Assembly (NCBI GenBank): GCA_035287145.1
Contig: DATEBX010000013.1
Span: 1 to 32,174 of the forward strand
Length of the DNA stretch: 32,174 nucleotides
Reading direction: 5' to 3'
Source of the DNA: Patescibacteria group bacterium
GTDB taxonomy: Bacteria; Patescibacteriota; UBA1384
Shown here in pieces: positions 6,706 through 13,452 of this stretch (positions are counted from its first letter, which is position 1; every line of letters starts with the position of its first letter). Position numbers and translations under genes: made by a program. The notes below the pieces were generated by a model, which did no database searches, had not been told where the DNA came from, and saw only the letters and a program-made list of their open reading frames with translations.

Positions 6706-7695
6706 ATGGCAAAAAAAGCGGTTGAGGTTAAAAATCTGGTCAAGGCCTTTAAGGGTGGGGTGAAGGCCGTTGAAAGGATATCGTTCTCCATCGACGAAGG
6801 CGATTTCTTCGGTTTCTTAGGTCCTAACGGTGCCGGCAAGACAACGACCATGAGAATCTTAGCAACGCTCACTAAACCGACGAGCGGCCGGGCGCTGGTT
6901 AATGGCTTTGATGTGATTAAAAATCCCAACGAAGTGCGCCGTTCCATCGGTTTTGCCATGCAAGCGGTCGGTCTCGACGACCTCGCCACCGCTTGGGAGA
7001 ACCTTCAGCTTATTGGGTGTCTTTACGGCATGAGCCGCAAGGAAGCCAAAAAACGCGCCGGTGAGCTGTTAAATTTGCTTAAGCTAGAAAATGCCGCTGA
7101 CCGATATGTCGCTAAATATTCCGGCGGCATGAGACGCCGCCTTGACATCGCCGTCGCGCTCATGCACCGACCCAAGATATTATTCCTAGACGAGCCCACC
7201 GAGGGATTGGATCCGCCCGCCCGCCGTGTGGTTTGGCAGTATTTGGAAAATCTCAACCGCGATGGCGTCACAATTTTTCTGACGACTCACTATATGGAGG
7301 AGGCGGATTATCTTACGCGTAATCTTGCTATCATAAACGGCGGAAAAATTGTCGCCGCCGGCACGCCGCAAGATTTGAAAAAATCTATTCACGAATCGCA
7401 CATCGAGGTGGAGCTCAAGGAAAAAAAGCGGGCTAGTGAGATTATTTGCCAAAAATTTTCCAATCTGCCATGTCGCAACACTGCTACCGGCCTAGAGATT
7501 GTTTCGCGAAACGGCGAGGCGGACCTGCATCGCATTATTAAAATACTGGGGGATGCAAAAGTTCGCGTTAAGGGTTTCAATTTGCATACGCCAACACTTG
7601 AGGATGTTTTTTTGAAATTTGCCGGTCACGGTTTTGAAAACGACGAAGCAGGCAAGGGTGTTGACCCGTACTTGGCTATGAGGAGGCGAGGATGA
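6706..7695 (+). CDS. ABC transporter ATP-binding protein (ABC-2 / DrrA-like exporter family)
   Basis: Walker A GPNGAGKTT, signature YSGGMRRRL, Walker B ILFLDEPTEGLD, H-loop TTHYMEEA. Confidence 0.9.
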   Translation: MAKKAVEVKNLVKAFKGGVKAVERISFSIDEGDFFGFLGPNGAGKTTTMRILATLTKPTSGRALVNGFDVIKNPNEVRRSIGFAMQAVGLDDLATAWENLQLIGCLYGMSRKEAKKRAGELLNLLKLENAADRYVAKYSGGMRRRLDIAVALMHRPKILFLDEPTEGLDPPARRVVWQYLENLNRDGVTIFLTTHYMEEADYLTRNLAIINGGKIVAAGTPQDLKKSIHESHIEVELKEKKRASEIICQKFSNLPCRNTATGLEIVSRNGEADLHRIIKILGDAKVRVKGFNLHTPTLEDVFLKFAGHGFENDEAGKGVDPYLAMRRRG

Positions 7696-8462
7696 ACGAT
7701 TTTTGGCGCCCGTCCGGCCATCTTTTTATTCGCGCTCTCAAACAGTCAACCAGACCATTGGCGGCGCTCTTGCCCAGTTTCTTTATGCCGTTTTTCTTCT
7801 TTCTAGTTAATTCGGCGGCCTTTCAAAGCATAACCGCTTTGCCGGGTTTTACGGCCGAGAGCTACCTGGCGTTTTACGCGCCGGTGGCACTACTCATGGC
7901 CGTATTCTTTAGCTCGGGCGACGCGGGCTTTGAGCTTATGCTCGATATCACTTCCGGCTATTTTGAAAAACTTATGCTGACGCCTATTTCCCGCTACGCC
8001 ATACTTTTGCCGAGGATTTTGGCAATGGGGGTGAGAGCAATGGCGCAAGGACTGATTGTCTTCGCGCTATTAATGCTCTTCGGCGCGCCGTACCGCGGCG
8101 GAGTATTTGGTGCCTTCGAGCTCCTGGGCCTGGTTGCCCTATTTGGTATGGGTTGGTCGGGCATTGGCCTAACGTTGGCGGCACTGACCAAAAACCCCAG
8201 GGTTCTGCAGTCGTCATTTATCTTGGTTTTTCCCTTGACTTTCATTACGACAGCCCAACTTCCCAAGGAACTATTGACGGGTTGGTACAAGGTGGCGGTC
8301 GGGCTTAATCCCATTACTTATGTTCTGGAAGGCATACGCACTATTATGACGCGTGGCGGCGGATTCTCTCACGAGATTATAATCGCCTATGTCGTCGCAC
8401 TTGCCTTGCTCGCGGTCACGAGCACAATTGCCGTTTGGTCCTTCCGCCGCTCCGCCAGCTGA
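7692..8462 (+). CDS. ABC-2 type transporter permease
   Basis: Overlaps the ATPase stop by 4 nt (ATGA). About six hydrophobic segments. Typical partner of DrrA-like ATPases. Confidence 0.8.
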   Translation: MNDFWRPSGHLFIRALKQSTRPLAALLPSFFMPFFFFLVNSAAFQSITALPGFTAESYLAFYAPVALLMAVFFSSGDAGFELMLDITSGYFEKLMLTPISRYAILLPRILAMGVRAMAQGLIVFALLMLFGAPYRGGVFGAFELLGLVALFGMGWSGIGLTLAALTKNPRVLQSSFILVFPLTFITTAQLPKELLTGWYKVAVGLNPITYVLEGIRTIMTRGGGFSHEIIIAYVVALALLAVTSTIAVWSFRRSAS

Positions 8463-8473
8463 CAATTTTTATT

Positions 8474-8518
8474 GTCATCCTGAGCGACCAAAGTATTCCG
8501 AGGGAGTCGAACGGATCC
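8474..8518 (+). repeat. Intergenic repeat D2 (gtcatcctgagcgacc...gtcgaacggatcc)
   Basis: Near-duplicate of 601-642. Starts 11 nt after the permease stop codon. Confidence 0.8.
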
Positions 8519-8546
8519 CCATTACCACCGCGTAGGTGGTAATGGG
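8517..8546 (+). repeat. H-family hairpin H6 (CCATTACCACC-gcgta-GGTGGTAATGG)
   Basis: 11-bp perfect stem. The loop and stem share the CACC-nCGTA-GGTG motif with hairpins at 13274, 13345, 14577 and 23002. Confidence 0.75.
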
Positions 8547-8566
8547 TTGATGAGATACAAAAGGGA

Positions 8567-8588
8567 AGCCCGCCGGAAGCGGCGGGCT
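8567..8588 (-). terminator. Terminator hairpin for the minus-strand sigma gene (between convergent genes)
   Basis: agcccgcc/ggcgggct is an 8-bp GC stem. On the minus strand it is followed by tcccttttgt. Confidence 0.6.
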
Positions 8589-8631
8589 GGTACACGTGCG
8601 TGGTGAACACGGGGCGCGGTTCGGTGCGGCA

Positions 8632-9285
8632 CTAGTTGCCGATTACGGCCATAGCTCCGGTGCGAATTTTCTCTATCTTGCGACGGACGCGGCAAAGGGC
8701 GTTGTCGACAGACTTTGGGGTGGAGCCCTGTTCTTCCGCAATCTCTTGGTATGATTTGCCCTTGGAGCGACCGGTGAAGGCGGCCCATTCAATTTGAGAA
8801 AAGCTACGTCGGAGCAGTGCTCGCAACTGGCGGTTTGCTTCGCGAGTTATGAGTGACTGTTCGGGGTCGGGAACTACTTTGTCAGCGAAGATGTCAACTC
8901 GCGGCTCATCATCGTCGCGGGGTCTTTCGTCGAGCGAGGAGGCGTAGATATGCGGCCCCTGCTTCTTGCCGTTTCCCGTCTTGACTGCGCTGATCATCTG
9001 CCGCTTGATGCAGATGTTGGCGAAGGTGCGGAACGAGCAGCCGCGGTCAGGACGGAAATCACGGATGGCCTTGAAGAGGCCAATCATGCCCTCCTGAATC
9101 ATGTCGTCGCGGTCGGCGCCATGGAGGAAGTAGGAGCGGGACTTGAACAGCACGACCGACTTGTACTTCTGGAGCAGGCGATCTATAGCTACCCCATCGC
9201 CATCTTGGGCAAGAAGGACAACGCGCTCATCGGGTCTCCGACTATAGCTTGTTTGCTCACGTTTGTTTGGTAGAGCTTGTCCCAT
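8632..9285 (-). CDS. RNA polymerase sigma factor, SigH (Spo0H)-like sigma-70 family member
   Basis: Strong by-eye match to Bacillus SigH region 2: KYKSVVLFKSRSYFLHGADRDDMIQEGMIGLFKAIRDFRPDRGCSFRTFANICIKRQMISAVK. Region 4: SYQEIAEEQGSTPKSVDNALCRVRRKIEK. GGAGG lies 11 nt upstream of the ATG. GC3-rich codon usage. Confidence 0.85.
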   Translation of the reverse strand: MGQALPNKREQTSYSRRPDERVVLLAQDGDGVAIDRLLQKYKSVVLFKSRSYFLHGADRDDMIQEGMIGLFKAIRDFRPDRGCSFRTFANICIKRQMISAVKTGNGKKQGPHIYASSLDERPRDDDEPRVDIFADKVVPDPEQSLITREANRQLRALLRRSFSQIEWAAFTGRSKGKSYQEIAEEQGSTPKSVDNALCRVRRKIEKIRTGAMAVIGN

Positions 9286-9422
9286 GGTCTATTTCGCCTC
9301 CTTATCAATGAGCCGTGAATGCGATCTACGCCTACCATAGCAAAGGGCTGGATTTTGAGCAAGAAATATGGTAAAAATAGGGTGTTGGTGCCGAACCGAT
9401 TGTGTTTTTGTTATTTGAACAC

Positions 9423-9498
9423 GCACCCGTAGCTCAACGGTTAGAGCACTTGGTTTACATCCAAGGGGTTGTCTGTTCGAATCAGACCGGGTGCACCA
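9423..9498 (+). tRNA. tRNA-Val (anticodon TAC), CCA encoded
   Basis: Acceptor gcacccg/cgggtgc, D-arm gctc-aacggtta-gagc, anticodon stem cttgg/ccaag with loop ttTACat, T-arm gtctg-ttcgaat-cagac, then ACCA. Confidence 0.9.
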
Positions 9499-9592
9499 AG
9501 TAAAATTACTTCCTGCAAAACGAATTACATTCTGTTATTGCAGGAGCGTAACCACTTGGCGCAGCCATATAAGGAAGTAATTTTACGCAGTC
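9499..9592 (+). repeat. tRNA-3'-linked structured repeat T1 (candidate small RNA)
   Basis: Starts immediately after the CCA of tRNA-Val. Nested helices: gtaaaattacttcc (9500-9513) with ggaagtaattttac (9573-9586), cctgcaa with ttgcagg, and aacgaat-tac-attc(t)gtt. Direct repeat of 9863-9959. Confidence 0.75.
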
Positions 9593-9670
9593 GCGTGGCG
9601 AACGAAGTGAGTTTTACGCGACATTTCGTAACTTTGAGATTTGATTTTTGCATTTTGATTTATATGTATG

Positions 9671-9774
9671 TCTGAGTAGCTCAGTGGTATCCTCCTTCGT
9701 AAAATCTCTTGCAGTATTCAAATTATTGAAATCTGCAAATAGATTTTACTTCGGACGGACAGGGAGCAGAGGAC
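9671..9774 (+). pseudogene. tRNA-Phe 5'-half pseudo-copy interrupted by a 74-nt nested hairpin
   Basis: 9674-9689 (gagtagctcagtggta) and 9764-9774 (gagcagaggac) are identical to consecutive segments of tRNA-Phe (9792-9818). They are separated by a 74-nt insert (9690-9763). There is no anticodon loop, T-arm or 3' acceptor. Confidence 0.6.
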
Positions 9775-9787
9775 ACCAAAAGGATTT

Positions 9788-9862
9788 GCTGGAGTAGCTC
9801 AGTGGTAGAGCAGAGGACTGAAAATCCTCGTGTCGTGAGTTCGATTCTCACCTCCAGCACCA
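9788..9862 (+). tRNA. tRNA-Phe (anticodon GAA), CCA encoded
   Basis: Acceptor gctggag/ctccagc, D-arm gctc-agtggta-gagc, anticodon stem gagga/tcctc with loop ctGAAaa, T-arm gtgag-ttcgatt-ctcac, then ACCA. Confidence 0.9.
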
Positions 9863-9959
9863 AGTAAAATTACTTCCTGCAAAACGAACTACGTTCTGTT
9901 ATTGCAGGAGCGTAACCACTTGGCACAGCCACATAATAAGGAAGTAATTTTACGCAGTC
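9863..9959 (+). repeat. tRNA-3'-linked structured repeat T2 (candidate small RNA)
   Basis: Starts immediately after the CCA of tRNA-Phe. Same nested helices as T1. The innermost helix closes with C9889-G9893 where T1 has T9525-A9529. Confidence 0.75.
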
Positions 9960-10059
9960 CCGAGACGACGCTTCTTAAATAACAGGATGTAATCCGTTTT
10001 TAAGAAAGGAGTTTTTCGGGACAACACTTGAATCACACTCCCCATCCAACAATATCCCA

Positions 10060-10485
10060 ATGCCTCTCGATTTCACGAAACTTACCCAAATTAGCTACCT
10101 CACGGAACAGCCGCCGGCGAGCGTGGCTTATTTCTGGCCAATAGTTATTATCCTGGCCGCCGCGCTGGCAGTTTCCCTGATTTGTTGGCGCCTCGCCCGC
10201 CGCCAGCCGTCGAAAGACGTGCCGCAATATTACATACTTATAAATCTAACGCGTTGGTTGAGTATTCCGTCTCTCCTTGGTTTAATCTTGCTATTTTTCC
10301 GAAATCAAGGTATTGTATATCTTTCATGGCGCCTGTGGTTTGTTATGCTCGCATTAGTTTGGCTGGGCGCCATGGTTTGGCTCGCAGGGTACGCGATTTT
10401 CAAATATCCCAAAGAGATTCGTACCCATAATTTACGCGAATTAAAAAATAAGTATATTCCCCAACCCAAGAAATCTGGAGGTTAG
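10060..10485 (+). CDS. Hypothetical integral membrane protein
   Basis: 141 aa with 3-4 hydrophobic segments. First gene of an apparent operon with rpsA. No recognisable family motif. Confidence 0.55.
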   Translation: MPLDFTKLTQISYLTEQPPASVAYFWPIVIILAAALAVSLICWRLARRQPSKDVPQYYILINLTRWLSIPSLLGLILLFFRNQGIVYLSWRLWFVMLALVWLGAMVWLAGYAIFKYPKEIRTHNLRELKNKYIPQPKKSGG

Positions 10486-10486
10486 C

Positions 10487-11680
10487 TTGGCAACCAAAAC
10501 AGTAAAAACCGGCCCGGTATCCATGGACGTATTGGCCGAAGAACAAGGCGAAAAATTAGTTCCCTACCACGCCGGCGGCACGGTGGAAGTGACGGTCCTG
10601 GAAGTTACCCCGCGCAAATTGCTCGTTGACGTGGCAGGTATGGCCCAAGGAATTGTGCCCGAAAGAGAGTTCTCTTTTGATACCATCGAACTGAAGCCGG
10701 GTGATAAGGTCAACGCCTATGTCCTATCAATGGAGAATGAAGCCGGCCAGGTTATTTTATCGCTCAAACGCGCCGACCGTGAAACCTTGTGGCGAGTGCT
10801 GCAGGAGAAGCAAGAGGCCGGTGAGGTTATGACTGTTAAAGTGGCGGGCGCCAACCGCGGCGGACTTTTGGTGGAGTCGGGCGGTCTCGACGGTTTCATT
10901 CCGGTCTCCCAACTAGCGCCGGAACACTATCCGCGCGTTGAGGGCGGCAGCGGCATGGAAATCGCCCGCCGTTTGCAAACCTACATCGGGCAAAACTTCA
11001 AAGTTAAAGTGTTGAACGTCGACAAGCAGGCCAGCAAATTAATTTTTTCCGAAAAGATGACCCAAGGGCTCATGAAAGATACCGCGGTTGATACCGTCAA
11101 ACTGGGCGACGTACTCGACGGAACGGTGACCGGCATTACCACATTTGGCATATTTGTTAACGCCGGCGGCATCGAGGGGCTGGTTCACATCTCGGAAATT
11201 TCTTGGGACAGGGTTGCCAATATCAATACAATGTTCGAAGTTGGCCAGGCGGTTAAAGTCAAAGTCATACAAATTGACGGCAACCGCGTTTCCTTTAGTA
11301 TTAAGCGGCTCGAAGCGGACCCATGGCTTAAGGCCTATGAGGAGATGAAGCCGGGGACCATCATCAAGGGTGAGGTAACGCGGGTAACCGATTTCGGCGC
11401 TTTTGTCAAAATTACCGACCAGATTGCCGGCCTGTGCCACCTCTCGCAAATGGGCGAAAACGTGGTCGATCCAACTAAAGTTATGGCTGTGGGCGAAACA
11501 CACAACTTTAAAATCGTCAGCATCGAACCCTCCACCCACCGCTGTAGCCTCCAGCTTATAACTGGTGAGGATGCGGCGGCGAGTGCGAAGCCGGCTCAGA
11601 AAAAAGTGGTTCCGGCAAAAGGAGTTAAAGAAGAAAAAGTTGCCGGAGAGTCTAAAATCTCCCAAAAAACAAAACCATGA
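10487..11680 (+). CDS. rpsA: 30S ribosomal protein S1 (four S1 domains)
   Basis: Repeated S1/OB modules (e.g. GDVLDGTVTGITTFGIFVNAGGIEGLVHISEISW, GTIIKGEVTRVTDFGAFVKI...GLCHLSQM). TTG start at 10487 preceded by GGAGG at 10477-10481. Confidence 0.85.
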   Translation: MATKTVKTGPVSMDVLAEEQGEKLVPYHAGGTVEVTVLEVTPRKLLVDVAGMAQGIVPEREFSFDTIELKPGDKVNAYVLSMENEAGQVILSLKRADRETLWRVLQEKQEAGEVMTVKVAGANRGGLLVESGGLDGFIPVSQLAPEHYPRVEGGSGMEIARRLQTYIGQNFKVKVLNVDKQASKLIFSEKMTQGLMKDTAVDTVKLGDVLDGTVTGITTFGIFVNAGGIEGLVHISEISWDRVANINTMFEVGQAVKVKVIQIDGNRVSFSIKRLEADPWLKAYEEMKPGTIIKGEVTRVTDFGAFVKITDQIAGLCHLSQMGENVVDPTKVMAVGETHNFKIVSIEPSTHRCSLQLITGEDAAASAKPAQKKVVPAKGVKEEKVAGESKISQKTKP

Positions 11681-12153
11681 CCCTCAAGTGCAAAAACAAA
11701 AAATTAGTCGGCATAACTAAAAAAGCGACCATTGAATTTGGCGACGACCTAGCTATCAACGATATTAAAATTCCCGGTCCCGGCGAGTACGAAATCGGCG
11801 GTTTACTGGTAACAGCGCCGGAAGAAAACGTTTATTCCCTGCGCACCGAAAATGATCTCCATGTTGTTTTTTGGCACGCTCAAAAAAATAAGATATCTGC
11901 GACCAGTGACGAACTGGGTAATATCGATGTCTTAATCCTATCGCTTGGCGATGATCCCAAATCGGTGAGTGGTGTAGTAGCAGTCTTGAACGAGCTTGAG
12001 CCCGCCAAAATAATCTTGTCCACCCCAAATATTAAAGAAGCGTTTATTAAAGAAGAACAAATTCCGACCGAGACGGTGGAGAGCTGGAAAGTAGTGCCGG
12101 TCGTCGGTGAAAATAACCGCCACTTGATTCTTCTGCCATGCTCAAACGAGTAG
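11677..12153 (+). CDS. Hypothetical protein (possibly a degenerate MBL-fold/COG2220-like protein)
   Basis: ATGA overlap with rpsA. The GPGEYEIGG motif recalls UPF0173/MBL-fold hydrolases, but no HxHxDH motif is present. Confidence 0.5.
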   Translation: MTLKCKNKKLVGITKKATIEFGDDLAINDIKIPGPGEYEIGGLLVTAPEENVYSLRTENDLHVVFWHAQKNKISATSDELGNIDVLILSLGDDPKSVSGVVAVLNELEPAKIILSTPNIKEAFIKEEQIPTETVESWKVVPVVGENNRHLILLPCSNE

Positions 12154-13097
12154 CAGCTTGGCTCGGCCAAGCTTCTCGCGTCCTCATTATTTTTCACGAA
12201 TCGCCTGATGGCGACGGCATTGCCTCGTCTTTGGCGCTGGCCCACGTTCTTTGGGAGCGGGGCAAAAAAGTTAGTTTGGTCTGCCGCGATCCGGTGCCGC
12301 CGGTTTTTAATTTTCTGCCTAAGGTCGATACTATTGCCACTGATTTTATCGTGGCGGATTATGATGTCATTTGCACCGTTGATTGCGGTGATGCCAAGAG
12401 GACCGGTTTTCCCGACCGTATTAGAAAATTCGCGCGGACCAAAAAACGACTCATTAACATTGACCATCACCTTAAAAACGACCTCCATAAAATTGCCAAT
12501 ATCAACCTTGTCGACAGCCAGGCCGCCGCTTCGGCGGAACTGGTATATCAAATCATAAACGCGCTGGGCGCGCGCATTGACAAACATCTTGCCACCCTCC
12601 TTCTGACTGGTCTTTTTACCGACACCGGCGGCTTTCAGCACTCCAATACGACACCGCGTGTTTTTAAGCTGGCGGCAGAATTGCTGGCTAGGGGCGGGCA
12701 GTTGCGCAAGGTTTCAAAAAATGTCTCGTCAAGCAAGCCCCTAACCACTCTCCAGCTCTGGGGCATAGCCCTTGAGCGTCTGTGGCGTACCGAGTCGGGG
12801 ATTGTGGCGTCGCTTATAACACAAGAAGATTTGAGATGCGTCGGCGCGGTGGCGGACGACATTGCCGGCGCGGTCAATGTCTTAAATTCTATTCCCCAAA
12901 CCAAGCTCGCCATCTTGCTGCAGGAGGAGGCAAATGGTAAAATTAAAGCCAGTTTGCGGACCGAGGAGGAGGGGGTAAATGTGGCGGCGCTGGCGGCCTA
13001 CTTCGGCGGCGGTGGCCACCGCAAGGCCGCCGGTTTTACGGTTGACGGCAAACTGGCGCGTTCTTCCGGCGGCGTTTGGTGCATCGCCCTGTCATAA
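12138..13097 (+). CDS. nrnA: DHH/DHHA1 phosphoesterase, NrnA-type oligoribonuclease / pAp phosphatase
   Basis: Motifs FHESPDGDGIAS, TVDCGD, NIDHHLKN (DHH), GGGGHRKAAGF (DHHA1). Confidence 0.85.
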   Translation: MLKRVAAWLGQASRVLIIFHESPDGDGIASSLALAHVLWERGKKVSLVCRDPVPPVFNFLPKVDTIATDFIVADYDVICTVDCGDAKRTGFPDRIRKFARTKKRLINIDHHLKNDLHKIANINLVDSQAAASAELVYQIINALGARIDKHLATLLLTGLFTDTGGFQHSNTTPRVFKLAAELLARGGQLRKVSKNVSSSKPLTTLQLWGIALERLWRTESGIVASLITQEDLRCVGAVADDIAGAVNVLNSIPQTKLAILLQEEANGKIKASLRTEEEGVNVAALAAYFGGGGHRKAAGFTVDGKLARSSGGVWCIALS

Positions 13098-13106
13098 GAA
13101 AATCAG

Positions 13107-13160
13107 GTGTCATTGCGAGGAGCCCCGACCCACTGGGGCCGTGGGCGACGAAGCAATCTA
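13107..13160 (+). repeat. C-family repeat C1 (gtgtcattgcgagg...gacgaagcaatcta)
   Basis: GTCATTGC starts 11 nt after the nrnA stop codon. Terminal stem ATTGC/GCAAT and inner gcccc...ggggc hairpin. Related to copies at 24297, 4432 (-) and 25961 (-). Confidence 0.85.
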
Positions 13161-13172
13161 GTATTAGTTAGT

Positions 13173-13259
13173 GGCGCGGTGGTGGAATTGGTATACACGA
13201 AGGACTTAAAATTCTTTGGCCGCAAGGCCATGTGGGTTCGACTCCCACCCGCGCCACCA
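13173..13259 (+). tRNA. tRNA-Leu (anticodon TAA), CCA encoded
   Basis: Acceptor ggcgcgg/ccgcgcc, anticodon stem aagga/ttctt (one G-U pair) with loop ctTAAaa, long variable arm tggccgcaaggccat, T-arm gtggg-ttcgact-cccac, then ACCA. Confidence 0.85.
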
Positions 13260-13273
13260 TAAATCAACCCAAT

Positions 13274-13300
13274 CGCACCCCGTAGGTGTGTTTATGGTTT
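13274..13300 (+). repeat. H-family hairpin H5 (cgcacc-ccgta-ggtgtg + tttatggttt), probable tRNA terminator
   Basis: 6-bp stem including one G-U pair. Shares the CGTAGGTG motif and the T-rich ...GGTTT tail with H1 and H4. Confidence 0.55.
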
Positions 13301-13333
13301 GTAATAATAGGATAATAGGATACAACTTCGCAT

Positions 13334-13376
13334 CTTAACCTGTTAAAGTACACCTCGTAGGTGTCCTTTTTGGTTT
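13334..13376 (+). repeat. H-family repeat H1 (cttaacctgttaaagtacacctcgtaggtgtcctttttggtt)
   Basis: 13345-13375 is identical to 23002-23032, and 13334-13357 is identical to 14501-14524. Hairpin ACACCT-cgt-AGGTGT followed by CCTTTTT. Confidence 0.9.
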
Positions 13377-13402
13377 GAGAAAGGTGGCGAGGGTAATCAT
13401 AT

Positions 13403-13431
13403 TTGACCCATTTCTCTTAAAGATGTAATAT
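13403..13431 (+). promoter_or_regulatory. sigma70-type promoter (TTGACC-17-TAATAT) of the DHOD-like gene
   Basis: TTGACC at 13403-13408, 17-nt spacer, TAATAT at 13426-13431. Confidence 0.55.
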
Positions 13432-13452
13432 TTTTAGCAGTGGGCGGGTTGC

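Noticed and set aside
9671-9862. Intron-containing or split functional tRNA using the 5'-half copy
   Set aside because: No matching anticodon arm, T-arm or complementary 3' acceptor strand (ctcagac) follows the interrupted 5' half. The intact tRNA-Phe is self-sufficient.
9423-9959. Integrated element (att-site duplication) at the tRNA-Val/tRNA-Phe locus
   Set aside because: The T1 and T2 direct repeats flank only about 270 bp with no integrase or cargo. The duplication starts after the CCA rather than within the tRNA 3' end, so it does not fit a classical tRNA-targeting island.
11039-11665. 208-aa minus-strand ORF inside rpsA
   Set aside because: It is antisense to four clear S1 domains. 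It has no start context and a low-complexity, non-protein-like sequence.
11880-12641. 253-aa ORF on the minus strand, antisense to the hypothetical gene and nrnA
   Set aside because: The plus-strand frame carries unambiguous DHH/DHHA1 motifs. The antisense product has no motifs and an R/K/G/S-skewed composition. It is a typical shadow ORF.
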